Part shown: piece by piece, positions 9,267 to 18,644 of the stretch | How the letters are laid out: each line of letters starts with the position of its first letter | Position numbering within the stretch: position 1 is the stretch's first letter | NCBI GenBank assembly: GCA_030606485.1 | Contig: JAUWGH010000006.1 | Coordinates: forward strand, 30,001-62,000 | Origin: Promethearchaeota archaeon | GTDB lineage: Archaea > Asgardarchaeota > Lokiarchaeia > Sigyniarchaeales > SOKP01 | Direction: 5' to 3' | Length of the DNA: 32,000 bases | Position numbers and translations under genes: made by a program | Notes under the pieces: model-generated | Database searches by the model: none | Told to the model about the DNA's origin: nothing | What the model saw: only the letters and a program-made list of their open reading frames with translations

Positions 9267-9884
9267 CTATTCGCCTAATTCATTTAACTCGAGATATTTC
9301 TCTTTATATCCTGCATCAGTTATTGTTAAAATATCAATACCATTACCTGCCATTGCATCTCTTGCTAATGCAGAACGTATTACTTTTTCTACTAATTTTT
9401 CACCTTTTGCAATTGTCATTTCTGGTATGTATTCCGATTCAAGCATTCCTACCATCATCAGCATACTCGTACCCCCCACTCCGTAGTCATCAGGCATCAA
9501 AGATCCGATCGCATCTAATGTATAAAGCTTTGGTCCATCAATATCTACTCCAGCTATAACAACATTTGTAAATAAGGGAAACATTTTCCGATAATACAGA
9601 TAATTACTAATCATCTTTCCCATACTTTGTGTAGAAATTCTTGAACCAGCTTCGTATTGATACAAATTTGCTCTAGCTTTCATAATTTTTACTAAAATTT
9701 GAAAATCTCCAATTAATCCATATGCAGAAAGGCCAATATTATCGGTTAATGGAAATACCTTTTTAGTTGATTTATTCGTAACAGTATAACCTAATGTAGC
9801 CCGTCGATCATTGCCTAAAACCACTCCTTCTTTGCATTTTATTGCGACCGAAGCCGCTCCTGGAATCATGAATTCCCTGCTCAT
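9267..9884 (-). CDS. psmB: 20S proteasome beta subunit, predicted non-catalytic
   Basis: Ntn-hydrolase pattern G|AASVAIKCKEGVVLGNDRRAT...KKVF, GLIGDFQ, VVIAGVD, YTLDAIGSL, SALARDAMAGNGIDI. Thr1 is replaced by Ala. Confidence 0.93.
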   Translation of the reverse strand: MSREFMIPGAASVAIKCKEGVVLGNDRRATLGYTVTNKSTKKVFPLTDNIGLSAYGLIGDFQILVKIMKARANLYQYEAGSRISTQSMGKMISNYLYYRKMFPLFTNVVIAGVDIDGPKLYTLDAIGSLMPDDYGVGGTSMLMMVGMLESEYIPEMTIAKGEKLVEKVIRSALARDAMAGNGIDILTITDAGYKEKYLELNELGE

Positions 9885-10127
9885 TTCCCTTCGTTTTTTT
9901 TCTTATTTAATCCTTATTCTCAATATTAAATTAGAACTTATTAATTTAATATATAATTTACCTTAAATTTCTTTTCCAAATATTTAATAAATCTAAAGCC
10001 TAGCCTACATTTGATCAAATATTTTTCTCTTGTCAAAATAATATATAGATTGAATTAATATCATATTTTATATAACTCACTATATTTATTATACCGATAA
10101 GTATAGTTAGATAAATTAATCCAAGAG

Positions 10128-10149
10128 AAAAAAAAAAAAATAAAAAAAA
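10128..10149 (-). terminator. Oligo-U terminator of the histone gene
   Basis: T8-A-T13 tract on the minus strand, about 27 nt downstream of the histone stop codon. Typical archaeal termination signal. Confidence 0.55.
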
Positions 10150-10175
10150 TGATATTTACTAATCGGGAACTCGAG

Positions 10176-10394
10176 TTAGAAATATTTGATTGCTAAAAGC
10201 AAATCATCCTTTGTTACTTTCTTTCTACCTGCATGATTACAGAATGTGATAGCTTGTTTAGTAATAGATGTAGCTGTACTCTCTAAATTTTCAATCAAGA
10301 GATCTACTGCATCTCTCGCAACAATAGTTGCACCTTGTTTTTTCATTAATCTCCTAACTGGACTCCAGGCGAAAGAATGTTTCTTTTTTGCCAT
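10176..10394 (-). CDS. Archaeal histone (HMf-like fold) with a short basic N-terminal extension
   Basis: SPVRRLMKKQGA...HAGRKKVTKDDLLLAI histone-fold pattern; GGAGG RBS upstream. Confidence 0.92.
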   Translation of the reverse strand: MAKKKHSFAWSPVRRLMKKQGATIVARDAVDLLIENLESTATSITKQAITFCNHAGRKKVTKDDLLLAIKYF

Positions 10395-11073
10395 AATTTT
10401 ATTCCTCCATTTTTTTTTTCTAAAATTTCAGTTTTTAATTTTTTTTAATTTAATTTTTATTAGAGACTTAGTTTAAATTATAAGCATTCGTATATTTAAA
10501 CCTTTTGCCAAGAAGGATATTTTTAAAATCATAAAGTAAAAATCGACAAAAATAAGAAATTATAAAATAGTTAAATTTTCTTAGAATAAAGCCCATAAAA
10601 ATTACTTAAAGAAGGAAAATACAAAGTTAAAAATTTTTATTAAGAATAATAGAAAAAATTATTAGGTTATATATTGAAATTGATTATGATATTTCATTAA
10701 AAATCTTTATCTTAAAGGACTTAAAATTAAAATTTGTTGCCAATATTAGTAATATTTGTTTTTTCTTTAAGATTTTCGTTGAATCTTCGAAAGAATGTTA
10801 AATACAATGGATTTTAGTATTTTTAATAAATTTTTAATAAATTTTAAATTCAATTAAATTTATTCAATTTAATTTTTCTGTTAGATGATCAACTTGTGTA
10901 TAATTTTTGCTCTTTTAATCACAAGTAATATTAAATTTGCCTTGATAGCGTGATTATGATATGAAATTTGTAAGATTTTTAAAAATATAGTATTTTTAAT
11001 GCATTCTTAAAAATTATTATATAATAGAAAATTAATTTAATTATTGTAATCAAATCAAATAATTTTGATTAAT

Positions 11074-11739
11074 ATGGTTCTGAAAGAAGAATTAAAAAAG
11101 AAAAAACCAGCTGCTGAACACGAAAAAAATGGTATAACTAAGCAATATTTATTCGACAGTATGGAACTAATCATCGATAACATAAAAAAAAATATTGAAC
11201 ACCTTTCTATGAACTGGAAATATACAAAAACTTTCATAGATATTATATATGAAGGAATAAAAACCAAAAGACATTTCTTCTTATTAGCATCAGGCAGGAG
11301 TGCCATGATATTACAATGTTTTGCAACGCGATTAGTCCATTTGGGAGGGAAAGCGTATATGGTTTCTAATTTGCAAAGCATTCCTGCTATGAAAAAGAAA
11401 GATATTTTAATTGTTCTTTCAGGATCAGGTACTACTTCAGTAGTCCAAAGTCTTTTGGGATCTTATGTAAATTCTGTAATTCCACACGCTATAATTGTAG
11501 TAACATCTTATCCTGATACCACTATTGGCAGAATGGGGGATTTGACAATCAAATTATTAGGAAGAACAAAAAGAGACCAAGAAGCAAAAGATGATGATCT
11601 CGAAGCAATTCTTACTCCTGAGGGAACAGCCTTCGAACAAGTCGCATTTACTTATTTAGACGCGGTAGTTGCTGAACTAGCATTACGCTTGAAAAAAACT
11701 AATAAAGACATGCTTAAAAAGCACTCTCAAGGGACGTAA
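11074..11739 (+). CDS. hxlB: SIS-domain protein, 6-phospho-3-hexuloisomerase-like
   Basis: ASGRSAMILQCFATRLVHLG, IVLSGSGTT, TPEGTAFEQ...LDAVVAEL, C-terminal H. ATG 11074 preferred over TTG 11065. Confidence 0.8.
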   Translation: MVLKEELKKKKPAAEHEKNGITKQYLFDSMELIIDNIKKNIEHLSMNWKYTKTFIDIIYEGIKTKRHFFLLASGRSAMILQCFATRLVHLGGKAYMVSNLQSIPAMKKKDILIVLSGSGTTSVVQSLLGSYVNSVIPHAIIVVTSYPDTTIGRMGDLTIKLLGRTKRDQEAKDDDLEAILTPEGTAFEQVAFTYLDAVVAELALRLKKTNKDMLKKHSQGT

Positions 11740-11841
11740 ATTTTAATTATTTTATTTTGGTTTTAAAATTTTTATTTATTGTTGATTTTAGGATAAGTTC
11801 GTAATCCAAATATTAAAATAATTTATTATATTTTATATCAA

Positions 11842-11913
11842 TGCACCTGTCTATAGTGTTTTTTTGAGATTCTAATTTTGGAAACAATGATAAAGAATCT
11901 TCCAACAGGTGCA
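11842..11913. repeat. Nested inverted repeat / hairpin in an intergenic region
   Basis: TGCACCTGT (11842-11850) pairs with ACAGGTGCA (11905-11913). AGATTCT (11867-11873) pairs with AGAATCT (11894-11900). Apical TTG-GAAA-CAA. Confidence 0.55.
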
Positions 11914-11963
11914 CTTTATATTAATTTTGTGTTTGTAGATTAACTTGGTGCAAATAATATTAA

Positions 11964-13271
11964 ATGAGTTTGGAAATAAAATCTTTAATTTTATTTAATT
12001 ATTCAAAACCTAATACTTATTCTTATGCTGCTTTAATGGGCTCATTGGATTCCTACTCTACTTTTTCTGAAAATATTGAAATAAAAATAATTAACCAAAA
12101 TTTATTTAAATTTTTTAAAAATGAACAAACTTGGAAGAATTATTCCAATTATAAACATATTATTTTATTATATTCACTATTCTCTGAGCAGTTTCTTGGA
12201 TTTTCTGATAAAATATTTAAAATTAAAAAATTATTTAAAGACCATATAGGAAAATCACCTATAATTATTGCTGGTGGTCCTCATCCAAGCGCAAGACCTA
12301 TAGAAGTGTTAAAAGCAGGTGTAGATATTGTCATTCAGGGAGAAGGAGAATATAATTTTCCAAGAATAATAAATTGGATCCATCAAAAAGGTTATTTAGA
12401 TGAATCTTATGATGATTATCGAGGTAAAGGTGGAATATATTATTACTATAATAACAAATTATGTTCAAAAGAAAGTTCGGAACGTTTAAATTTAGACAAT
12501 TACTCATCGATAAGTTTCAAACACAGATTATTTGGTCCAGTAGAAATTTCTCGTGGGTGTCCATTCTGTTGTAAATTTTGTCAATATGGAAATTTCTATA
12601 ATAATATGAAGCATAAATCTATTAAGACCATATTTAAAACTATAGAGAAAGCAGTTGAAGTGAAATATGATAAAATATGGTTTCTTTCTTCAAATTCTTT
12701 TGCCTATGGATCAAAATCTCTAAACCCAAATCCAATGAAGGTGAAAGAATTATTAAGTAAACTTTACAAAATTGAAGGTTTAAATGAGATCTATTTTGGT
12801 ACATTTCCAAGTGAAGTTAGACCTGAATTTGTGACACATGAAATGTTGGACTCTTGTATCCCGTACATTTCAAATAAATATTTTATTATTGGAGCTCAAA
12901 CGGCATCAAATCGATTATTGCAATATATTAACCGAGGTCACACATTTGAAGATGTCTTGAATGCTATAGACATTTTAAAGGAATATGGATTTAATTGTCA
13001 TCTAGATTTTATTTTTGGACTTCCCTCAGAAACTTCAGAAGATATTGATGAAAATATTAATTTTTTCAAATATATTCTGAAACAAAATAATATTAAAATT
13101 CATTCTCATACTTTTATGCCTTTACCTGGTTCTAAATTTGAAAATAAGCCAGCTGGTAAGGTTATTCCTCTTCGACTCCAAAAAATCTTGAGGCAATTAA
13201 TAAGTCAAGGTAAGGCATACGGACAATATCAAACTCAACTAAAAGTAGCACAATTAATCGAAAATCTTTAA
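11964..13271 (+). CDS. B12-binding-domain radical SAM protein (TIGR04013 / MJ1487-like)
   Basis: IIIAGGPHPS...GEGE cobalamin-binding-type region, EISRGCPFCCKFC (CxxxCxxC), FGTFPSEVRPE, GAQTAS, DFIFGLP, HSHTFMPLPG. Confidence 0.85.
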   Translation: MSLEIKSLILFNYSKPNTYSYAALMGSLDSYSTFSENIEIKIINQNLFKFFKNEQTWKNYSNYKHIILLYSLFSEQFLGFSDKIFKIKKLFKDHIGKSPIIIAGGPHPSARPIEVLKAGVDIVIQGEGEYNFPRIINWIHQKGYLDESYDDYRGKGGIYYYYNNKLCSKESSERLNLDNYSSISFKHRLFGPVEISRGCPFCCKFCQYGNFYNNMKHKSIKTIFKTIEKAVEVKYDKIWFLSSNSFAYGSKSLNPNPMKVKELLSKLYKIEGLNEIYFGTFPSEVRPEFVTHEMLDSCIPYISNKYFIIGAQTASNRLLQYINRGHTFEDVLNAIDILKEYGFNCHLDFIFGLPSETSEDIDENINFFKYILKQNNIKIHSHTFMPLPGSKFENKPAGKVIPLRLQKILRQLISQGKAYGQYQTQLKVAQLIENL

Positions 13272-13353
13272 AAATCTTTCATAATTAAAAGGTTTAAAAT
13301 TTATTCTAATATATTGAAAAGCTTTAATAAAATAAAATCTAGATTAAATTAAA

Positions 13354-14733
13354 ATGAACAATGCATTTAGTGTCTCCATTACTACGGGTGATAACCCAAA
13401 TGATGCTGTTATAAAAGGAATAAATAATCTTGGTGGAATATCAAAATTTATAGAAAAAGACGAAACTGTTTTTATAAAAATTAACTTAACCATGATTACC
13501 GGATTTCCTTCTAATGTTAATTTTAATACACTTATTGAAGTTATTAAACTTTGCAAAACAGCTGGGGCTAAAAAAATTTATGTCGGCTCATTTCCATTTG
13601 AAAATCTTACAATCAAAGATGTTTCTGAAGAATTAGGACTCAAAGAATTTACCGAATATTTTGGTAGTGAATTAGCCTTTTTAGATAATAGTGATAAGTT
13701 AAAAATATCCAAAGAGGAGAAATTAAGACTTCAGAAAGAAAGTTTTAAGGAGGTTGAGGTTCAAGATTCAATTATTAAATATCCCAAATTAATTTTAAAT
13801 GTAGATAAATTTATTTGCATAAATCAAGTTAATGTCCATCCTTTATTTGATATTCACTTATCTTTATTAAATTTATTTTCTTGTATTCCGTTCAAATTTA
13901 GGAAAATTGAACATCAAGAAGATGTAGAAAAAGATTATATTATTGCAGATCAATATAAAACAGATTTGATTTCAAGAATTTTGGATATCTATGAAATTAA
14001 AAAATCAAATTTAATAATAAATGATCTTTTCTACTTTATGGAAGGAGCAGGTCCATTTATTTATAAAGATTCTAAAATTAATCCAATCAAACATATAGTA
14101 TGTGGAAATGAAGCAATAGCAACAGACTATATAACTTTAAAAATTCTTGGACTTAATCCCAAAAAGAATTTCTTAATGTCTCATTGGATTGAAAAAAATA
14201 TTGGTATTTCAAATTTGGAAAAAATAAATCTCTCAGGAGAAAATCTTGAAGATATTAATTTCACCTTTAAACAGTGTAAAAAAAGAATAGAAGATATCTA
14301 TGTACAAAAATTTAATATCAAAAAAGGTGAAATTTGTAGCGGATGCTTCTTGCAATCATATTATCTATTAAACTTTTTGAAAACTTTTTTCTTAAAAGAT
14401 TTGAACTATTTACCACAATGCTCGTATCTCGTTGGAGCAAATCCATTGGAGCCCGATTCGCCTAATAATATATTACTATACGGGGATTGCGCAATAAAGA
14501 CAACTGAAAAAAGAGAATTTCGAACTATTGAAAAAGAAGGAAAGGATATAAAGACTTTATTTCTAAAAAAAGCCATTATAGAAAAAAAGAATAAAAAAAT
14601 ACTAGAAATCCCTGGATGCCCCCCAAATTTACAAGACACCTTGAATCTTTTTTTAAGATATTTTAAGAAAAGTAATCTTCCTACACTAAATTTCTATATG
14701 AAAAAATTGAATAAAACACAAAAAAACAGTTGA
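13354..14733 (+). CDS. DUF362 domain protein with a C-terminal Fe-S-type Cys region
   Basis: GGISKFIEKDETVFIKIN, MEGAGP, IAxDY; C-terminal ICSGC, GDCA, IPGCPP. Confidence 0.8.
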   Translation: MNNAFSVSITTGDNPNDAVIKGINNLGGISKFIEKDETVFIKINLTMITGFPSNVNFNTLIEVIKLCKTAGAKKIYVGSFPFENLTIKDVSEELGLKEFTEYFGSELAFLDNSDKLKISKEEKLRLQKESFKEVEVQDSIIKYPKLILNVDKFICINQVNVHPLFDIHLSLLNLFSCIPFKFRKIEHQEDVEKDYIIADQYKTDLISRILDIYEIKKSNLIINDLFYFMEGAGPFIYKDSKINPIKHIVCGNEAIATDYITLKILGLNPKKNFLMSHWIEKNIGISNLEKINLSGENLEDINFTFKQCKKRIEDIYVQKFNIKKGEICSGCFLQSYYLLNFLKTFFLKDLNYLPQCSYLVGANPLEPDSPNNILLYGDCAIKTTEKREFRTIEKEGKDIKTLFLKKAIIEKKNKKILEIPGCPPNLQDTLNLFLRYFKKSNLPTLNFYMKKLNKTQKNS

Positions 14734-14738
14734 TTTTG

Positions 14739-16265
14739 ATGAGTATTAATGAGATATTTAAAGAGAATTGGCTAAAAATTTTAGATTTCAATGCTAAAAT
14801 TGGTGAGAAAAAGTATCTTGATAAATCTCTAATAAAAGTAAGAATTCCAATCACACCATTAGAAATAGACCCGGCTCTATTATATAAGTTAGTCTCATAT
14901 ATTTATCCGGATTTTGTTAATGATAAGCAGCATGTTTTAGATATTATAATCTCAGATGATCGAAAAAAAATTGAGAAAAGCTATTTACACTTAACTTATA
15001 AAAATGGTAATCATTACAAAGTAAAAAAAATTGACCTGAATAACGAATCCCTTGTAGACCAAGATTTTAAAAATTTTGGAGTAATTTTTAACAAATTTCA
15101 GAATAATTTAAGGGAGAAAGAAGGTATTACTATTTCTGGGTTAAGAATTTACACGGAAAAGGCAATAGATAAAATAAATTCATTAACTAGTAGTATAAAT
15201 AGTATTGATCTAAAAACTTATTTGACTAATCTATGCCAAATATTCTATAATCTCATCAATAAGAATATGTTATACATTTATCCTGAACCCTCTTTCATAA
15301 CTTTTCTTAAACGTTTAGTTAGATATCTAAATTTTATTGATTCTAGTAAAATTTTTACATCAATTTTTGAAGTGCTCCCTGAATTTAATAGTGGTATAAT
15401 ATTAGCCCAAGAAAATTTGTACTTGTTAATTTTAATTAGGAAATTTTCTTCGAATCTAAATATCAAATTATTAGATCTTGAAGGTTTTAATTATGATTTT
15501 AATGCAATAAACAAAAAAACCTTTTTAAAAAAAATTACTAAAAAATTTAAACTTAAATCTACCTATTATTTTAACTTTCAACAACTTTTGCATTTTTTAA
15601 ATGATTTAATTGAGAGTGATTTTCCTTTTGAGCAAGGCCGGTTTTCACTTCTACTTCAAAAATTACTTTATGCTTATAAAAGCTATGAAATTAATTGGCA
15701 CTCTTATCCAAGACCGATTATATATAATTTCTTTATAAAATTCTTTAGCCGATTAGTTGGATATAATGTTAATTTAAAAAAATTAAGCTACTGGGCTATT
15801 CCAGAATTAATTTGTAATATCCACAATTCTCTTTTGGGATTATCAAATAAAATAATAATCATATTTACAAACTTGGAATCATCAAATAAAGGAAAATCTA
15901 ATAAGCAAGTTTCAAATGCCTACTTAATAGAAACATTTAATGGAAAACTGAAAAAAATTTCATTACTTGATAAATCCGATGTTATTTCAGGTAATCAACT
16001 AAATTCCTTATCTGATATTAGAAATAGATTATCTTCTAAAATTGGATATATATCTTCGGTAATCAATATTGATAAATCGTTACTAAAATTAGTAGTTCAA
16101 AACTTTTTTTTAAACTTAAATAGATTTAATCCATTTGCCAAATTAATAACTATAAGAAAATTTCAAAATCAAAATTACTTTAATATTTATCCAAAAAACA
16201 CTTTAGTTCAAAAATTAAAAATCAAAAATTTATTACCAATTTTGATTGATAAATATGAATTTTAA
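14739..16265 (+). CDS. Hypothetical protein with an apparent three-fold internal repeat
   Basis: Long ORF following DUF362 by a few nt. Recurring (I/S)YP motifs and ID..LY/IF...P(D/E)F segments. No family recognised. Confidence 0.6.
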   Translation: MSINEIFKENWLKILDFNAKIGEKKYLDKSLIKVRIPITPLEIDPALLYKLVSYIYPDFVNDKQHVLDIIISDDRKKIEKSYLHLTYKNGNHYKVKKIDLNNESLVDQDFKNFGVIFNKFQNNLREKEGITISGLRIYTEKAIDKINSLTSSINSIDLKTYLTNLCQIFYNLINKNMLYIYPEPSFITFLKRLVRYLNFIDSSKIFTSIFEVLPEFNSGIILAQENLYLLILIRKFSSNLNIKLLDLEGFNYDFNAINKKTFLKKITKKFKLKSTYYFNFQQLLHFLNDLIESDFPFEQGRFSLLLQKLLYAYKSYEINWHSYPRPIIYNFFIKFFSRLVGYNVNLKKLSYWAIPELICNIHNSLLGLSNKIIIIFTNLESSNKGKSNKQVSNAYLIETFNGKLKKISLLDKSDVISGNQLNSLSDIRNRLSSKIGYISSVINIDKSLLKLVVQNFFLNLNRFNPFAKLITIRKFQNQNYFNIYPKNTLVQKLKIKNLLPILIDKYEF

Positions 16266-16285
16266 ATCTTAAGAGGGAAAAATAT

Positions 16286-16735
16286 ATGGAAAATAAGAAA
16301 TGGATTATTCTTTGCATTTTAGGTGGAACTTTAATGATTATTGGGTGCGCTACAGGTAGTATTGTACTTTATGAAGTAATTCATAATTTAGCCTTAGGTT
16401 ATATTGGAGAAGAATTGGCAACAATTTTTTCAATAATTTTAAAAATCTTTGGATATATAGCCGCAGCTGGTGGTGCTTCAGTTATTATTGGCGCTTTAAT
16501 AGTAGCAATGGGTCGTTATAGACTTGGGAAATTTATTATTGGTCTCGGAGTTGGCTTAGGATTGATTAGTTTAATAATATTTATAATAACAGGTATAATT
16601 GAGGGTACAATCACAGGATTTTTCATAGAGTTAATAACAGAATTAATCGCTTTAAAGGGCGGTTTTGGTTTTACTGGAGCAGTTCTTACATTTTTTTCTA
16701 GAAGGCAATTAAAAAAGGAAGAAAAAGAAGATTAA
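16286..16735 (+). CDS. Gly-rich hypothetical membrane protein (about 4 TM)
   Basis: Hydrophobic Gly-rich helices, charged C-terminal tail, GAGGG RBS-like sequence upstream. Confidence 0.65.
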   Translation: MENKKWIILCILGGTLMIIGCATGSIVLYEVIHNLALGYIGEELATIFSIILKIFGYIAAAGGASVIIGALIVAMGRYRLGKFIIGLGVGLGLISLIIFIITGIIEGTITGFFIELITELIALKGGFGFTGAVLTFFSRRQLKKEEKED

Positions 16736-16825
16736 ATTTATTTTTTTTTTTAATTTTAAGCATAAAATGTAGGAATTAAAATATTCTCATAAACAATTAG
16801 AATTTAAATATTAGCGCAATTTATG

Positions 16826-17893
16826 TTAAATATATTTTTTAGCAATTAAATATTCAGCAGATAAAACTCCACCTCGCCCTGCGCCTAACTCAGTATTATG
16901 ACTTAGAACAGTAAATTTTAATCCGTTGATAAAATTCGTCTTTTCTATTCCACCAACATAAGTTCTCATCCCCGTTTTTTCATCCCCTTTATTATCAAGG
17001 TCAATTCTTGGTTGAGGTCGATAAGGGTCATCGAAAACCTTTATTGGGTGTTCAGGAGCATTTGGTAAATCTAGACCAGCTGTTTGTCCTTCAAAATCTC
17101 TCAATGTTTGTTTAATTTCTTCAATATCTTCAAATTCCTTAACTGTTTCTATAAAAACACTTTCCATATGACCATTTATAGAGGGTACTCGATTACACTT
17201 ACAATCGATTAAAAATTCAAGATCATGTATTTTATCCTCAATTATTGTACCAAAAATCTTCTTAATCTCTCTCATTACTTTTCTTTCCTCCCTTTCTATA
17301 TGAGGAATAACATTTGCAATTATGTCGTAGCTAGCAACACCAGGATAACCTGCTCCTGTAATTGCTTGCATGGAAACCATATGAACACTTTTAATACCAT
17401 ATTTTTTTAAAATAGGATATAATGAAATTGCCAATCCGATAGCTGTGCAATTAGGACCAGGAACAATAAAACCTTTCCACCCACGTTTCTTTTTTTGAAT
17501 ATCTAAAATTCTATAATGCTCTCCATTAACAATAGGTAAAAATATTGGAACATCTTCTTCATATCTATAAGCAGCTGCTGTACTTATCACAGGTTTACTT
17601 GTTGCAATTTCACCCTCAATTTCTCGAGCATACCCTGAAGGAATTGCAGAAAAAACAATGTCAATTGAATTTAGATCTAAATCTTTAATATCAGTAACTG
17701 TCATTTCTTTTATTTCCTCTGGATATTTATAACTCGTAAAGCCCCTGATTGATTCCCCAAATTTTTTGCCAATCGAGGCGTGTCCATGCAATGATATGAT
17801 TTCAAACCAAGGGTGTCCTATTAATGCTTCCATAAACTGCTGTCCCGCCATTCCAGTGGCACCAATTACGCTCGCTCTATATTTTTTAGGCAT
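16826..17893 (-). CDS. asd: Aspartate-semialdehyde dehydrogenase (archaeal type)
   Basis: VIGATGMAGQ, PNCT catalytic Cys, SMQAITGAGYPG, CNRVPSINGH, RPQPRID, SHNTELGAG. Confidence 0.93.
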   Translation of the reverse strand: MPKKYRASVIGATGMAGQQFMEALIGHPWFEIISLHGHASIGKKFGESIRGFTSYKYPEEIKEMTVTDIKDLDLNSIDIVFSAIPSGYAREIEGEIATSKPVISTAAAYRYEEDVPIFLPIVNGEHYRILDIQKKKRGWKGFIVPGPNCTAIGLAISLYPILKKYGIKSVHMVSMQAITGAGYPGVASYDIIANVIPHIEREERKVMREIKKIFGTIIEDKIHDLEFLIDCKCNRVPSINGHMESVFIETVKEFEDIEEIKQTLRDFEGQTAGLDLPNAPEHPIKVFDDPYRPQPRIDLDNKGDEKTGMRTYVGGIEKTNFINGLKFTVLSHNTELGAGRGGVLSAEYLIAKKYI

Positions 17894-18078
17894 AATTTTT
17901 CTCTACTCAAATTTGAACATAATGAAATTTAAAAAATACTATATTATTTTATTTTTGAAGAAAATATTTAAAACTTATTTTCTATTTATATTGTTAACAA
18001 AAATTTCTAACTGGGTTAAATTAAATCTCTTAAAAATTTTCCCAATTTAATGTAAATTTTTGAAGGATTGAGATATAG

Positions 18079-18603
18079 GTGAGAAAGATAGTAGATTCCA
18101 TAGCACTTCTTGAATCACAAGCTGAAGACTTTGAAAATAAAGCAAAAATAGAGACGAGAAAAAAGAATTACGCAGAAGCCATCTTATTTTTTGAAGAGGC
18201 TGTAGATATCTATCTCAAATTAAATTGGGATGGAAAAATAAAGATGTTAGAAAAAACGATTGAACGTCTTCAAAACGTTATTGGATTTGAAAACAACAAT
18301 CACTTAAACTCTGATTTTATCAATATTAAGCAAGAAATGGAGAATAAATCAAATAATCTAACCAAAACAAAAGAAGTACCAGAAGAAATTAAACAGAAAC
18401 TTGCAAAAATTGAAATGCTCGAAAGAAAAGCAGATAATGATGAGATACAAGGGAATTTGAAAAGAAGTTTTGATAGGTATCAATTAATCTTGGAATTAAC
18501 AACTGATATTAATTCTTTAGAACAATTTAATTTTGAAAATAAAATTGTAGGAATTAAAGACAAAATAAATAAATTGACTGAAAGGTTAAAGTCCAATTTA
18601 TAA
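18079..18603 (+). CDS. Hypothetical helical protein with two TPR/MIT-like helical pairs
   Basis: AEDFENKA...NYAEAILFFEEAVDIY and ERKA...GNLKRSFDRYQLILEL. GTG start. Confidence 0.55.
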   Translation: MRKIVDSIALLESQAEDFENKAKIETRKKNYAEAILFFEEAVDIYLKLNWDGKIKMLEKTIERLQNVIGFENNNHLNSDFINIKQEMENKSNNLTKTKEVPEEIKQKLAKIEMLERKADNDEIQGNLKRSFDRYQLILELTTDINSLEQFNFENKIVGIKDKINKLTERLKSNL

Positions 18604-18644
18604 AAAAAAATTTATTCTTTGTGTTCTTTAATATTTTAGATATA

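Noticed and set aside
10395-11073. About 680-bp extremely AT-rich divergent intergenic region as a possible replication origin; includes TGATTATGATAT twice (10681, 10951) and ACTTGTG...CACAAGT (10892-10926)
   Set aside because: No ORB-like GTTCCAGTGGAAAC motif and no adjacent orc1/cdc6. Such short repeats are expected by chance at this composition.
11842-11913. Hairpin as a SECIS element or a cobalamin/SAM riboswitch
   Set aside because: No neighbouring gene has an in-frame UGA at a plausible Sec position, and no AUGA/GA kink-turn geometry or riboswitch consensus is evident. The hairpin is kept only as an unexplained structure.
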